Shown piece after piece: positions 1-9,300 of a DNA stretch of 33,138 bases. This stretch comes from a virus (Duplodnaviria; Caudoviricetes), in the IMG/VR virus record IMGVR_UViG_3300020414_001513, positions 1 through 33,138 of that record. The stretch is one strand, 5' to 3'. The number at the start of each line of letters is the position of its first letter. Position 1 is the first letter of the stretch. Below the pieces are notes generated by a model that searched no databases, was not told the DNA's origin, and was given only the letters and a program-made list of their open reading frames with translations. The position numbers and the translations under genes are program-made.

Positions 1-300
1 AGAGAATCCTTTTGGATTATCGCAATCGATGGACTTTTTATACTTTGCGCTCCACGCCTCTGATACTCCTCCGCCATTAGAGCCCCCATTAGACCCCCCA
101 TTCCCATTTCCATTGCCATTTGAACCATTTCCGTTGCCATTCTTTTTTGTACCCTCAGTTTCGTCCTTGCTCTCATCATTATGTTCACTATCACGCATCA
201 AACGTCCAGTGGAAGGCATTACGTGCCATCCCTTAGGAATTCGCTTGCACTTTTTGTCAGTGAAGCAATAGTAATACCCTTTTTTGCAAGATTTTGCCAT
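1..300 (-). CDS. Hypothetical protein downstream of gp16, 5' part only (runs off the window); Cys-rich N-terminus and Gly/Asn linker
   Basis: Hand-translated and not in the ORF track. ATG at 300-298 overlaps the gp16 stop (TGATG) and the frame is open to base 1: MAKSCKKGYYYCFTDKKCKRIPKGWHVMPSTGRLMRDSEHNDESKDETEGTKKNGNGNGSNGNGNGNGGSNGGSNGGGVSEAWSAKYKKSIDCDNPKGFS... Confidence 0.85.
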   Translation of the reverse strand, partial: MAKSCKKGYYYCFTDKKCKRIPKGWHVMPSTGRLMRDSEHNDESKDETEGTKKNGNGNGSNGNGNGNGGSNGGSNGGGVSEAWSAKYKKSIDCDNPKGFS

Positions 301-731
301 CATTTACTTGATGCATCATTATTATTTAGAAAACCTTGTTTCAACAGTTTTGAAAGTTCAGTCGTAGATCCAACAAACAAAGCATTATTTGTAACGCTAC
401 TTGGAGTCTTCTGTGCTGTATCTTCTTCTAAGTCTTTTAATTTTTTCTGAAGATCTGCTAACTTATCAGTGGTATCTGCAACACTCTTAATAAGTTGTCC
501 TGCAACTTCATATGCTCTAGGACTTGCACTTTCTCCCGCAAGTTCCATGATGCCATTAATTGCTTCTTGCCCCTTTTCTATCAAAGAATACAAGTTTGCG
601 CGAGTATATTCATAATCTTTCGTTATATCATTTTTATCCTGCTTTGGTGGAGCAGGTTTCATTGGTTTTGATTCAACAATGCTACTTTCAATTTCAAGTG
701 CGTTGTCAATAGACTCATAACTATCTTTCAT
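300..731 (-). CDS. gp16: Terminase small subunit (T4 gp16-like)
   Basis: 143 aa with DYEYTRANLYSLIEKGQEAI...SPRAYEVAGQLIK and TNNALFVGSTTELSKLLK, typical of T4-like gp16; lies directly after gp15. Confidence 0.93.
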   Translation of the reverse strand: MKDSYESIDNALEIESSIVESKPMKPAPPKQDKNDITKDYEYTRANLYSLIEKGQEAINGIMELAGESASPRAYEVAGQLIKSVADTTDKLADLQKKLKDLEEDTAQKTPSSVTNNALFVGSTTELSKLLKQGFLNNNDASSK

Positions 732-736
732 TTTTA

Positions 737-1582
737 TTAAATGTCAGTTTGTCTAGATGGCGAGTAATCTTTACTGTCTGAGAAGAACTGAATGTCCTCA
801 TCAAATCCAAAGTTATCTCCAGGTTGTAGTAGTGCGTGATCTACTGCATCAATAACGCCATCATTATTTCTATCTATCTTAGAAGTTGGTGTGACTGTAT
901 ATCTAACCTCTCTCTTCGCCGTCTTAGTATTTGTATCGGCATACATATCAACCTGTACCTTACGAATAAGTCCATCACTGCTATCTGCAATTGGACCGAA
1001 CAGATATGTTTTTGCTGTAAACTGAAGTGTGTGAATTAGTGCCCTTCTAGTATCAAATGAACCTTCATAATCATCTTGGAATCCAATTGATTCTAAAATG
1101 ATTGGAATATCTCTTTTCTCTCCGATAGAGTCAACCAAATCTACTGTAAGATTAAAGTGTGGTTGAAAGTATGGAAGTATTTGTTCAATGATTTGTAAGG
1201 AATCATCATTTAATTTTGAAAGAATATTTAATTCAAATCCAATATTATATGGAACAGGCATAAAGACTTTCTTCGCCTTGCTTCCATCTTCACAAGTTTT
1301 GAATGTTTGTACTAAACTTGACTTTCTTGTAGAATCATATTGAATAGATGTCATTTCAAATGACATTCTTGGCATATTGATTTGAACTGCCTTATTCAGA
1401 TCTGGTTGTTGAGTAATCTTTGCTAAGAACTTTTGTACTGGTCCATAGGCAAGAGGAACTTTTATATCGCTTATACCATTTCCTGTTGAGTCCGAATGAC
1501 GAATGTGAATATCATTGAATAATGTTCCAAACGATATAATCGTTTTTCTCATTATTTCGTGATAGTAGTAATTTCCTAGCAT
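737..1582 (-). CDS. gp15: Tail sheath stabilizer / tail terminator (T4 gp15-like)
   Basis: 281 aa with YYYHEIMRKTIISFGTLFNDI, KVPLAYGP, PRMSFEM, PVPYNIGFEL and QIIEQILPYFQP; gp13-14-15-16 order. Confidence 0.95.
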   Translation of the reverse strand: MLGNYYYHEIMRKTIISFGTLFNDIHIRHSDSTGNGISDIKVPLAYGPVQKFLAKITQQPDLNKAVQINMPRMSFEMTSIQYDSTRKSSLVQTFKTCEDGSKAKKVFMPVPYNIGFELNILSKLNDDSLQIIEQILPYFQPHFNLTVDLVDSIGEKRDIPIILESIGFQDDYEGSFDTRRALIHTLQFTAKTYLFGPIADSSDGLIRKVQVDMYADTNTKTAKREVRYTVTPTSKIDRNNDGVIDAVDHALLQPGDNFGFDEDIQFFSDSKDYSPSRQTDI

Positions 1583-3024
1583 TAATATGTACCAAATGGA
1601 TTTGATTCGCTGAAGTCTAAGAGATCATCTCCGAGGGTTTCAAACTCATCGTTTTCTGTGTATTTATCATAAACGTCGTCCTGTGTATAAGTTGATACTG
1701 GATAAGACGCTCCAGATGTTTTTCCAATGATATTTTCTCCAGGGAAGAATCCTGGTTGAGTTGCTCCAATACCAACATTAGAAATTTTAAGAACTTTATT
1801 GGCACCATCCCATTCTTTGACTCTTGCCTCAAGTTGAGATCTTGATCCAATAATAGTTTCATTAAACAGATAGGTACCAAGACCCGTTAATGTTTCTGGG
1901 TCTGAAATAGTAACCGTTGGTGCGGAAGTGTATCCTCTTCCTGGATCCTGAATATAAATCGCTTTGATAACATTGTCTCCAGCAGTATCCTTTCCAAGAG
2001 ATGCAATACCTACAGCAGTGGTTGAGATTCCGCTGGAAGTTGGTGCTTGAACTGTAACACTAGGAACTGTACTATATCCAACACCATTATCAGTCATTAC
2101 GAATCTTATGACACCTTGACCTGTTGTTTCAATTGAACAAGTTGCAGCAGCACCAGTTCCACCACCACCAGTAAAGGTGATAGTTGGTGCTGTTGTGTAT
2201 CCAGCACCAGCATTTGTCAAGAGTAATTTTTCAATAGAAGTTATACCACCTCTTGTTGTTAAGAATCCAACAGCAGTTGCATTATCACCAACTTGTCCAG
2301 TAGGTGAACTTGTAATACCAATTATTGGTACGGAAGTATATCCACTACCATCATTGTCCAGGAAGATTTCTCTAACATATCCACTGTTTGCTGTGCCCTG
2401 AATAATTGCATTTGCAGTTGCAGTTCTACCAACACCAACGAGTTGAAGAGTTGTGATATATCCTTCGTCCTGAATTTGGAGATCAATTTCAGGAATTGTA
2501 GTATCAATTACTTCATCTTCATATTCAAAGAGTTCACACTTGAGTTGATAAACATAGTTCTTTCCTAATTGAAAGAATGGATCTTCATGTTCAACAAATT
2601 TAACTTCAAAAATTCTTTGACCTAATGGAAAATAAACAAGATCTCCTTCTCTAGGTCTTGTAGGTGTTGGCATAATGGAATCATCAGTTCCATCATCTTG
2701 ACCTGACATAAACGGTGCAATAAAATCCTCAAATCTTTCTTTTGAAATGGTTATTATTAATTCATCTCTTACACTGACACCAAATTTTGTTAGAATATCA
2801 CCAGCACCGCCGTATCCATCAAAAGTATTTACATACGCTTCAATAGCAAAATTATCATCAAATGCGGATGACTGAACTTCTTCAATAATAGTTTTTCTAT
2901 TTACATATTTTCTAGGAATATATGTAACTTCAACACCATGAAATTTAAGGTGCTCATTTATCAGATCTTGGACTAATCTTTGTTCAGATGCAGTCCCTTG
3001 TAAGAAAAAAGGATTAAGTGCCAT
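1582..3024 (-). CDS. gp14: Neck protein (T4 gp14-like) with an internal repeat insertion
   Basis: 480 aa; MALNPFF...EQRLVQDLINEHLKFHGVEVTYIPR, RPREGDLVYFP, FEVKFVEHEDPFFQLGKNYVYQLKCELFEY and C-terminal DFSESNPFG. Confidence 0.93.
   Translation of the reverse strand: MALNPFFLQGTASEQRLVQDLINEHLKFHGVEVTYIPRKYVNRKTIIEEVQSSAFDDNFAIEAYVNTFDGYGGAGDILTKFGVSVRDELIITISKERFEDFIAPFMSGQDDGTDDSIMPTPTRPREGDLVYFPLGQRIFEVKFVEHEDPFFQLGKNYVYQLKCELFEYEDEVIDTTIPEIDLQIQDEGYITTLQLVGVGRTATANAIIQGTANSGYVREIFLDNDGSGYTSVPIIGITSSPTGQVGDNATAVGFLTTRGGITSIEKLLLTNAGAGYTTAPTITFTGGGGTGAAATCSIETTGQGVIRFVMTDNGVGYSTVPSVTVQAPTSSGISTTAVGIASLGKDTAGDNVIKAIYIQDPGRGYTSAPTVTISDPETLTGLGTYLFNETIIGSRSQLEARVKEWDGANKVLKISNVGIGATQPGFFPGENIIGKTSGASYPVSTYTQDDVYDKYTENDEFETLGDDLLDFSESNPFGTY
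1661..1668 (-). promoter_or_regulatory. Possible internal late promoter (GATAAATA) for gp15/gp16
   Basis: NATAAATA match inside the 3' end of gp14, about 80 nt before the gp15 start; could be chance in AT-rich DNA. Confidence 0.35.
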
Positions 3025-3887
3025 TATCCAACAAAATCGAGGGGTGGAAGTTCATATTCCATTGACATACGAGATTTGATCTCTGATAATTCTTGTTCTG
3101 CTTGTTGTAAGATTTCACCACCATTCAGTTCAATACCACCAGGAAGTTTTACACCTCTAAACTTGCTAAGATTCCTTCCCCACTGACGCTTAATCAGTGC
3201 TGTTAGATATCTCTTTACAAAACTATCGTTGTAAATTTGGGTGAATGATGCGGGATCAAGTGCTCTATAACACTCAATTACAATAAAATTACCTGCGGTT
3301 TGAGATCCCCAATCAAGATCCAAATATAATCTATCTTGTCTTTTATTAAATCTAATTTGCTTATCTGTTGTCAATAAATGATCAATATCTTCAAGATATG
3401 ATTTGACCATAGAATATTGAAGAAGTTCAACTGAGTTGAAATAATAAAGGTCATTCAAAAACAGTTGATATTTGATACTGAACATCCCGCCAGAGATTGA
3501 ACTAGTATCAAATTTAAAAAGTCTTTCTACTCCGATTACAGAGTCTGGAACTTGTATAAAATTGGAGTTTTCATAGAAATTAAAAGTAGTTGCAGCGATT
3601 CCAGTAGAAGTTGCTGTTGTGGTTACAATACCAACACCAGTCTTACCGTTTACTTCATCTCCACCTGCTACAGTTACTCCTTGTCCCCTATCAATATCAT
3701 CTTGAGAAATTTCATACTTAAGGAACATTTTCTCAACACCGTCATAATGACGCTCATTAAAATATTGAATGGTATCATCAACCAGATCATCAATTTGATC
3801 ATCGTCCACGTTGATTTCCAACACTGGAGCACCAAGTTGACGCAAACAGTAATCTATAAGTCCTTGCCTAGTTGATGGTTTTGCCAT
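3024..3887 (-). CDS. gp13: Neck protein (T4 gp13-like)
   Basis: 287 aa; LIDYCLRQLGAPVLEINVDDDQIDD and YLTALIKRQWGRNLSKFRGVKLPGGIELNG are typical of gp13. Confidence 0.95.
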   Translation of the reverse strand: MAKPSTRQGLIDYCLRQLGAPVLEINVDDDQIDDLVDDTIQYFNERHYDGVEKMFLKYEISQDDIDRGQGVTVAGGDEVNGKTGVGIVTTTATSTGIAATTFNFYENSNFIQVPDSVIGVERLFKFDTSSISGGMFSIKYQLFLNDLYYFNSVELLQYSMVKSYLEDIDHLLTTDKQIRFNKRQDRLYLDLDWGSQTAGNFIVIECYRALDPASFTQIYNDSFVKRYLTALIKRQWGRNLSKFRGVKLPGGIELNGGEILQQAEQELSEIKSRMSMEYELPPLDFVG

Positions 3888-3888
3888 A

Positions 3889-4074
3889 TTAACCTTCTAA
3901 TTTTGCTTTGAGGTCAGCGTTTTCTTCAAGCAGAGCATCTATTTGTTCCTGAAAATCTTGAGACAGAGTTGCTAACTTTGCCTCAAGAAGAACGTTTTGA
4001 TTTGATACTGCTGCTAATTTAGAATTGTAAATTTTGATCAGAACGTTTACATCCACTTCACTTTGATTTTCCAT
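3889..4074 (-). CDS. Small coiled-coil hypothetical protein
   Basis: 61 aa with a heptad Leu pattern; fills the gap between the fibre-like gene and gp13; GAGG precedes the ATG. Confidence 0.8.
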   Translation of the reverse strand: MENQSEVDVNVLIKIYNSKLAAVSNQNVLLEAKLATLSQDFQEQIDALLEENADLKAKLEG

Positions 4075-4082
4075 TAATTACC

Positions 4083-5726
4083 TCAGAATGTGCCCCCATC
4101 CATAGTTGAAGTCCAATGGGGCTTATTAGTATATATTACTGAAACTGTACTGGGATTTACGGCAAGGTTAGCGATTGCGCCACTTTGACCTTCTCTTCTC
4201 AAGTTGTTGGAAGTATTAAATGTACCTTCAACACCAATCAAATTAACACTATTTCCAGCGTTAACTGCAGATTCAACAACACCATAAGCACCTGTAACAT
4301 CTTGTCTTACAATGTCACCAACGCTAACAGTAATGTTTCCACTAAGAGCAAGAGTATTTTTGGTGATTGCAGTAAGAACTTGCTTAGAAGTAATTACTGG
4401 AGATGCAACAGCATTTGTTGATCTTTGAAGACCGGTATCATCAAAGAAGACAACACCACCAGTAGCAAAATCACCAGACTGGTAATAGATACCTTTAATA
4501 TCAAGGAAACCTTTGGTTCCCGTAACAACGCTATTAGTAATAGAAGCGTCGGGAACATAGGTCCATCTTCTACTGTCGTTTGCGTGAGTTCCGTGGTTAT
4601 CAGCATCTGCAGTGCTTGTGGCAATGGAACTATCTTCCATACCAAAGAAACCAGTCTTGTTATTTGATAAACCAGAACCAGTATTGAATGCGAAAGAAAT
4701 ACCTCTATCGGTATTACTATCGTATGCGTGAGTAATTGTAAGTTGTGAAGTTGTCGTAATACCGCTAGTAATTATGTTACTATCAACGGTAACGATTTTT
4801 GTGCCAATATTTACAGCAGTAACTGTTGAAATACCAGTAGCAGAAAGAGATGCACTTCCACTCAGAACATCACCAGTATTAATTCCAACAACAGAATCAA
4901 AAGTAATTGTGTTAACACCAACAGCAACTGGTTGCATTACTGTTCTTGAACTTGTTACATCACCAACGTGTAAAATTGGATCATTAACAGTTTTTTGTGT
5001 GGAGTTAACCTGTGTGGTCGTACCATCAATTTGTAGGTTGCCCTTAATAACTACGGTTCCCTCATTACTGAGACCATCGGGATATGGATCAATAAAGAGA
5101 GTATCATTGCTACCTGGAGTTGTAGAAATGACATTATCTTCAATTCTTATATCACCAAAGAAGGATTGTCCACTGATTGTGACTGATGTGTTGAAGTCCC
5201 AAGGAGCACCAGTTACCTGAACAGAATTTGTACCATTTTCATCATATTCAATTCGCGAATCTTTATCATTACCAAGTGCTAAGTATGTGTCATCTGGTAT
5301 TACAACTTCACCTGATCCGTTTGGATCAAGAATGATATCGCCATCGGTGTCAGTTGATGACAGTGTATTTGTATCAAGTCTTAAGTTATCTACGTTCCAC
5401 TGATCAACTTTAAGTGATTCTGCACCACCCAAACCAGTGTTAGGTAAAGGTGCCATCAACGCAGCAACACCTTTATCGAGGTTTCTAGTATTAGTTGCCG
5501 CAATGTTTGCCACGGTTCCAGGAACGTGGTCCATCATTGAAGTATAATAACGCCCACCAATGGTTAAGACGTTTGTACCATCGTCACCAATGAATACTCT
5601 GTCTTTATTTTGGTAAGCGGCATTAGTAGCACTACCAATACCGGTAGTATATGCTAATTCACCCCAATTAAGTAGAGATGGTTTGTCAGTACCCGAGGAT
5701 CTTTTGATCCTGATAATACTTGCCAT
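4083..5726 (-). CDS. Fibre-like virion structural protein
   Basis: 547 aa, Gly/Thr/Ser/Val-rich. The N-terminus IIRIKRSSGT..P..L..GELAY resembles phage fibre attachment domains, and it ends DGGTF. It sits where wac/fibre genes lie before gp13 in T4. Confidence 0.7.
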   Translation of the reverse strand: MASIIRIKRSSGTDKPSLLNWGELAYTTGIGSATNAAYQNKDRVFIGDDGTNVLTIGGRYYTSMMDHVPGTVANIAATNTRNLDKGVAALMAPLPNTGLGGAESLKVDQWNVDNLRLDTNTLSSTDTDGDIILDPNGSGEVVIPDDTYLALGNDKDSRIEYDENGTNSVQVTGAPWDFNTSVTISGQSFFGDIRIEDNVISTTPGSNDTLFIDPYPDGLSNEGTVVIKGNLQIDGTTTQVNSTQKTVNDPILHVGDVTSSRTVMQPVAVGVNTITFDSVVGINTGDVLSGSASLSATGISTVTAVNIGTKIVTVDSNIITSGITTTSQLTITHAYDSNTDRGISFAFNTGSGLSNNKTGFFGMEDSSIATSTADADNHGTHANDSRRWTYVPDASITNSVVTGTKGFLDIKGIYYQSGDFATGGVVFFDDTGLQRSTNAVASPVITSKQVLTAITKNTLALSGNITVSVGDIVRQDVTGAYGVVESAVNAGNSVNLIGVEGTFNTSNNLRREGQSGAIANLAVNPSTVSVIYTNKPHWTSTMDGGTF

Positions 5727-5727
5727 G

Positions 5728-5955
5728 TCAGAAATTTCCTCCGTTGATGTCTAAATTCTGTGTTGCACCTGGTGTCAATTCTAAAGTAGCATCCCATTTC
5801 TTTGTGCTACTGTTATATACAAGAACCATGCCATTTTGTAAGTTGGTGGCATTAACATCACTTAGCTCCGCCAAAGAAAGACCTTGAGCACCGGCAAGAG
5901 AAGATATAACTTTTACTGCTGGTTGTTGACCTACTCTGACTTTGATTTCAGCCAT
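5728..5955 (-). CDS. Small virion-associated protein with a fibre-type repeat
   Basis: 75 aa; LAELSDVNATNLQNGMVLVYNSSTKKW is a fibre-type repeat; ends NGGNF; directly downstream of a late promoter. Confidence 0.75.
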   Translation of the reverse strand: MAEIKVRVGQQPAVKVISSLAGAQGLSLAELSDVNATNLQNGMVLVYNSSTKKWDATLELTPGATQNLDINGGNF

Positions 5956-5980
5956 TTATATACAGTTCAGGATGTAAATA

Positions 5981-5988
5981 TATTTATA
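5981..5988 (-). promoter_or_regulatory. T4-type late promoter TATAAATA
   Basis: Exact gp55-sigma consensus, overlapping the stop of the upstream ORF, 25 nt before the ATG at 5955. Confidence 0.85.
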
Positions 5989-6163
5989 TTCCTTCAAGTC
6001 CTAATCTAGAAACCACTTCTTGTTGCTTCAAATAAAGTTTTGCATAAGATTTTGCAATGTCTTTCAGAGTATCTTTATCATCACAAGAGTCTATTTCTTT
6101 AGCGAGTTTTGTGTATTCAAAACTTTTTGAAAGATTTTCAAGTGTAATTTGATCAGGATCCAT
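5984..6163 (-). CDS. 59-aa helical protein, NblA (phycobilisome degradation adaptor)-like
   Basis: Hand-translated, below the track cutoff: MDPDQITLENLSKSFEYTKLAKEIDSCDDKDTLKDIAKSYAKLYLKQQEVVSRLGLEGI*. It fills the gap exactly, so the ORF is well supported. The NblA resemblance (size, helix-loop-helix pattern) is by eye only. Confidence 0.6.
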   Translation of the reverse strand: MDPDQITLENLSKSFEYTKLAKEIDSCDDKDTLKDIAKSYAKLYLKQQEVVSRLGLEGI

Positions 6164-6365
6164 TTGTCAGTTGCCTCAAAAGTAGTTTGATTTCTTCAAT
6201 GTCACTTTTAATTGTATCAAGTTCCTCTCGTTCTGTCTGTCTTCTTTGTTTCATCCTCATATATTGAGCATAACCAGTGCTATCCGTGTTGAGGATAGCA
6301 CCAGTTTTTTTATCTCTAAAAAGGTTTGTTTCACCTTCTACTTGAATCAGATCTTCGTTTTCCAT
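6153..6365 (-). CDS. Hypothetical protein (70 aa) with C-terminal coiled coil
   Basis: ATG at 6365 overlaps the upstream stop (TGATG); MENEDLIQVEGETNLFRDKKTGAILNTD...ELDTIKSDIEEIKLLLRQL. Confidence 0.8.
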   Translation of the reverse strand: MENEDLIQVEGETNLFRDKKTGAILNTDSTGYAQYMRMKQRRQTEREELDTIKSDIEEIKLLLRQLTNGS

Positions 6366-9300
6366 CACGCTAATGCAATTGCTCTGAAATCTTTCAGTTT
6401 AACTGGTGTTGATTCATTTGTGGTTGATAATACAACCTTGATTGCAAATCCATTAAACTGATCAAGACTGTTGGCAGTGAATTGATATTCGGAGAATCCT
6501 ACAGTATCATTTGCAGGTACGAAAGCATCTGCCCTTCCAGTATTTCTTTCAGGATCAATAACACGATCTCCAAATCCATCACCATCAGTATCTCTCAGAT
6601 TATCATAACCTGGGAATGGTACAAACTTTTGATCAATCTCAGTAGAATCTGCTTTGAAGAGTTGATAGAAGACTCTGAAATCAGCGCCCTCTTGTCTTTG
6701 AGCAGCAATAATAACTTTCAAACTTGTTGCAGGTTGTGCCAAAGAAATTTGCTTCGTTACAAATACTGCTCCGTGTGGATCATTCTCTATTGAATTTGAT
6801 CTAGCATCATCAACAAAGTTAGCGATAGGTGCATTTGTTTTATTTCTACCGATTACAAAAGTAGAATTCTGCAAATCCATTACTGGAGAAAGATCTTTAT
6901 TCTCACTAGTAAAATTAACTCTCATAGTGAGAGATTTATTACGTGGAAGAGTACTCAATCTTGCAAGTTCATTTGCTTTAGATGCAACCAATCTAGGTGT
7001 ATTGAAGTTAATGGTCTTATTCAAAGTAACTGGTTCAAAACCTTGATCAACGAATGAAATTTCATTTCCACCAGCACTTGTTCCTGAGATAGTTCTAATT
7101 TGAGAACTTGCTGCTGTTCCTTTACCTGGTGTAATGATATTAAATTGTGGTTCAAGAGTACTGAACTGATAGTTCTGAGAAATACCAACAGTATTTCCTC
7201 CAAATCCTTTCTGGGATGTGAAGTTAAGCATTCCTGTTCCAGAATTTCTAACTGTTGGGAATGCGGTTGTTCTATCAAACTCCAAGAAGTAGTTATCAAG
7301 ATTTGAACTATTGGATTTATATCCTGCAGATGATACATTCAGAGACGTATTGATTCTCATCAAAGAAACGCCATTAACCTCATATGGTTGAATTGATTCA
7401 CCAACAACGTGAGAAGACTTGGAAGAACTATTAAGTCCTCTAGCATTAATTGTAAGAGAACCTGCATTTCCTGTACCAGAAGTGATTGCACTATAAGAAA
7501 CAACTTCATTGTTGAGAAGTGCATATCCACGACTTGTACTAATACCTTCAAATCTACCAAATATTGCGGTATTAGCAACAGAAACAACGGTATCAGTTTC
7601 ACCAAAGTTTGTAGTTACTGTTGTTTTTGTGGTATCTGGGAGAACATCTTCAATAGCAACACTATTATTACCACCGTGGTGAGCATGATTGCGTTGTTTG
7701 ACTCTGAATACATTTCCACTATATAAGTCATCAATCAAGGATGATGTTCCATTAACGGTTACACCAGAACTTGTTCTGGTAGATTCATCGAGTGGATCAG
7801 TGTAATGGTGAATTGCAAGAGTATTTGTAAAATTCTCTCCTTGAACATCTGTAAGATAAAGTGTATCTGCTGCACCAGTGGCGGTGAGAGTAAATTTGGC
7901 ACCAAAACCTTTCCTAGATGCTGTTGCTAGAGATGAAGTTACAATTCCAACTGTTTCACCATCAACATATCCACTTCCAGTATTAGTAATAGTTACGGTA
8001 GCAACGCTTCCAAAAGAGTCAATAGTTAAAGTTGCTTCACCACCAGTTCCTTTACCAGTTAAGGAGGAAAGTTGAACACCAGTTATAGTTGCACTAGGAT
8101 TGTATCCAGTACCACTACTTGCAATTGAAACATTAGCAGATCCTGAAACTGCTGGACCACCAATATTTTCAACATAACCAGTTATACTTGGTCCAGTGCC
8201 AGTTTCACCAACTCTTACACCAGGTTTAACAGCAGCACTCAAAGTTCCGCTAAGAGGCAACTTGAGTTTTCTTGGGAATCCTTCAATTGGATTATCATCC
8301 AGAACTGTGCTATTATCCCCTTTTGGAAGAATGTCACTATTGTGGAAAGTAACAGTACCTGAATTAACAAACTCCGCTTTATAAAGTTTGAATGTTAAAT
8401 CTTGGAACTGACTTGGTGTCCAAATAGTACCATTTTGAGACTTAAAGAGAGATCCACCAATGTATTGCTTGGTTACAACTACGTTTTGAACATCAGGGAG
8501 ATTTGTAGTTCTGACGGTCTTTTGACCCATAGTTGCTGTCCACATCTCATAACCATCCGAAGCTGGTGAGAGAATAACGATAGCATATTCAGTATCTGCT
8601 TCCAGGAAAACAGGTGATTCAAATCTTACTCTTGTTGGAATTGGATTGAATGGATCCGAAGTATTGATTTGAATATCATTAGGATTCAATGCAACTTGTG
8701 TGTAGTCTTGAACCAAGAAAGATGTTGGTGTTCCCAACTCCATCGTTCTTAGTTCAACATATACTTTTGCATCAGGATCTTTTGTAGCAAAATACAAGTC
8801 AAATGATGTTAAGAATGCACCCTGCCCATCAACTGTAAATGATTGTGCTAATGGATCTCTATGTGGTGCCTTAACTTGTACCTCAACCTTAGTTTTCTTT
8901 CTTCTAGGTTTGGGTGGATTTCTAACAGAAACACGACTAGTTTCTTGTGTCAGAATAGTTCCACTGCCACTATAAGATCCAAGTGCTTCGGAAGCAAATA
9001 CTGTAGATCCAGGAAGAACTACTGTATTGGGTGGAACTGCGGTAACTTTTACTGTCTTAGTTCCACTCTTAACTCTTACTGGTGGTAATGGATTTGAATT
9101 TGGATTTCTGAAGAAGAAGTTTGCAACAATATCTCCCCAATTATCAGAAATCAATTCTGCACGATCAATTGTACAAACTGCACCAGATGTACGACCAACA
9201 ACTTTAGCACCCTTTTCAACATATCCATAGAATTTTTCTCCTCTAGAGAGAACTCTTACACCAAAGTTAATCAGTCTAGATGTGGCAGAATATGTATCGC

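Noticed and set aside
29-271. Pro/Phe-rich plus-strand ORF (PPLEPPLDPPFPFPLPF)
   Set aside because: It is the antisense shadow of the Gly/Asn repeat in the minus-strand gene at 1-300.
4083-5726. Diversity-generating retroelement target, suggested by the fibre-type N-terminus
   Set aside because: No reverse transcriptase, template/variable repeat pair or C-terminal lectin-like variable region is visible in the window.
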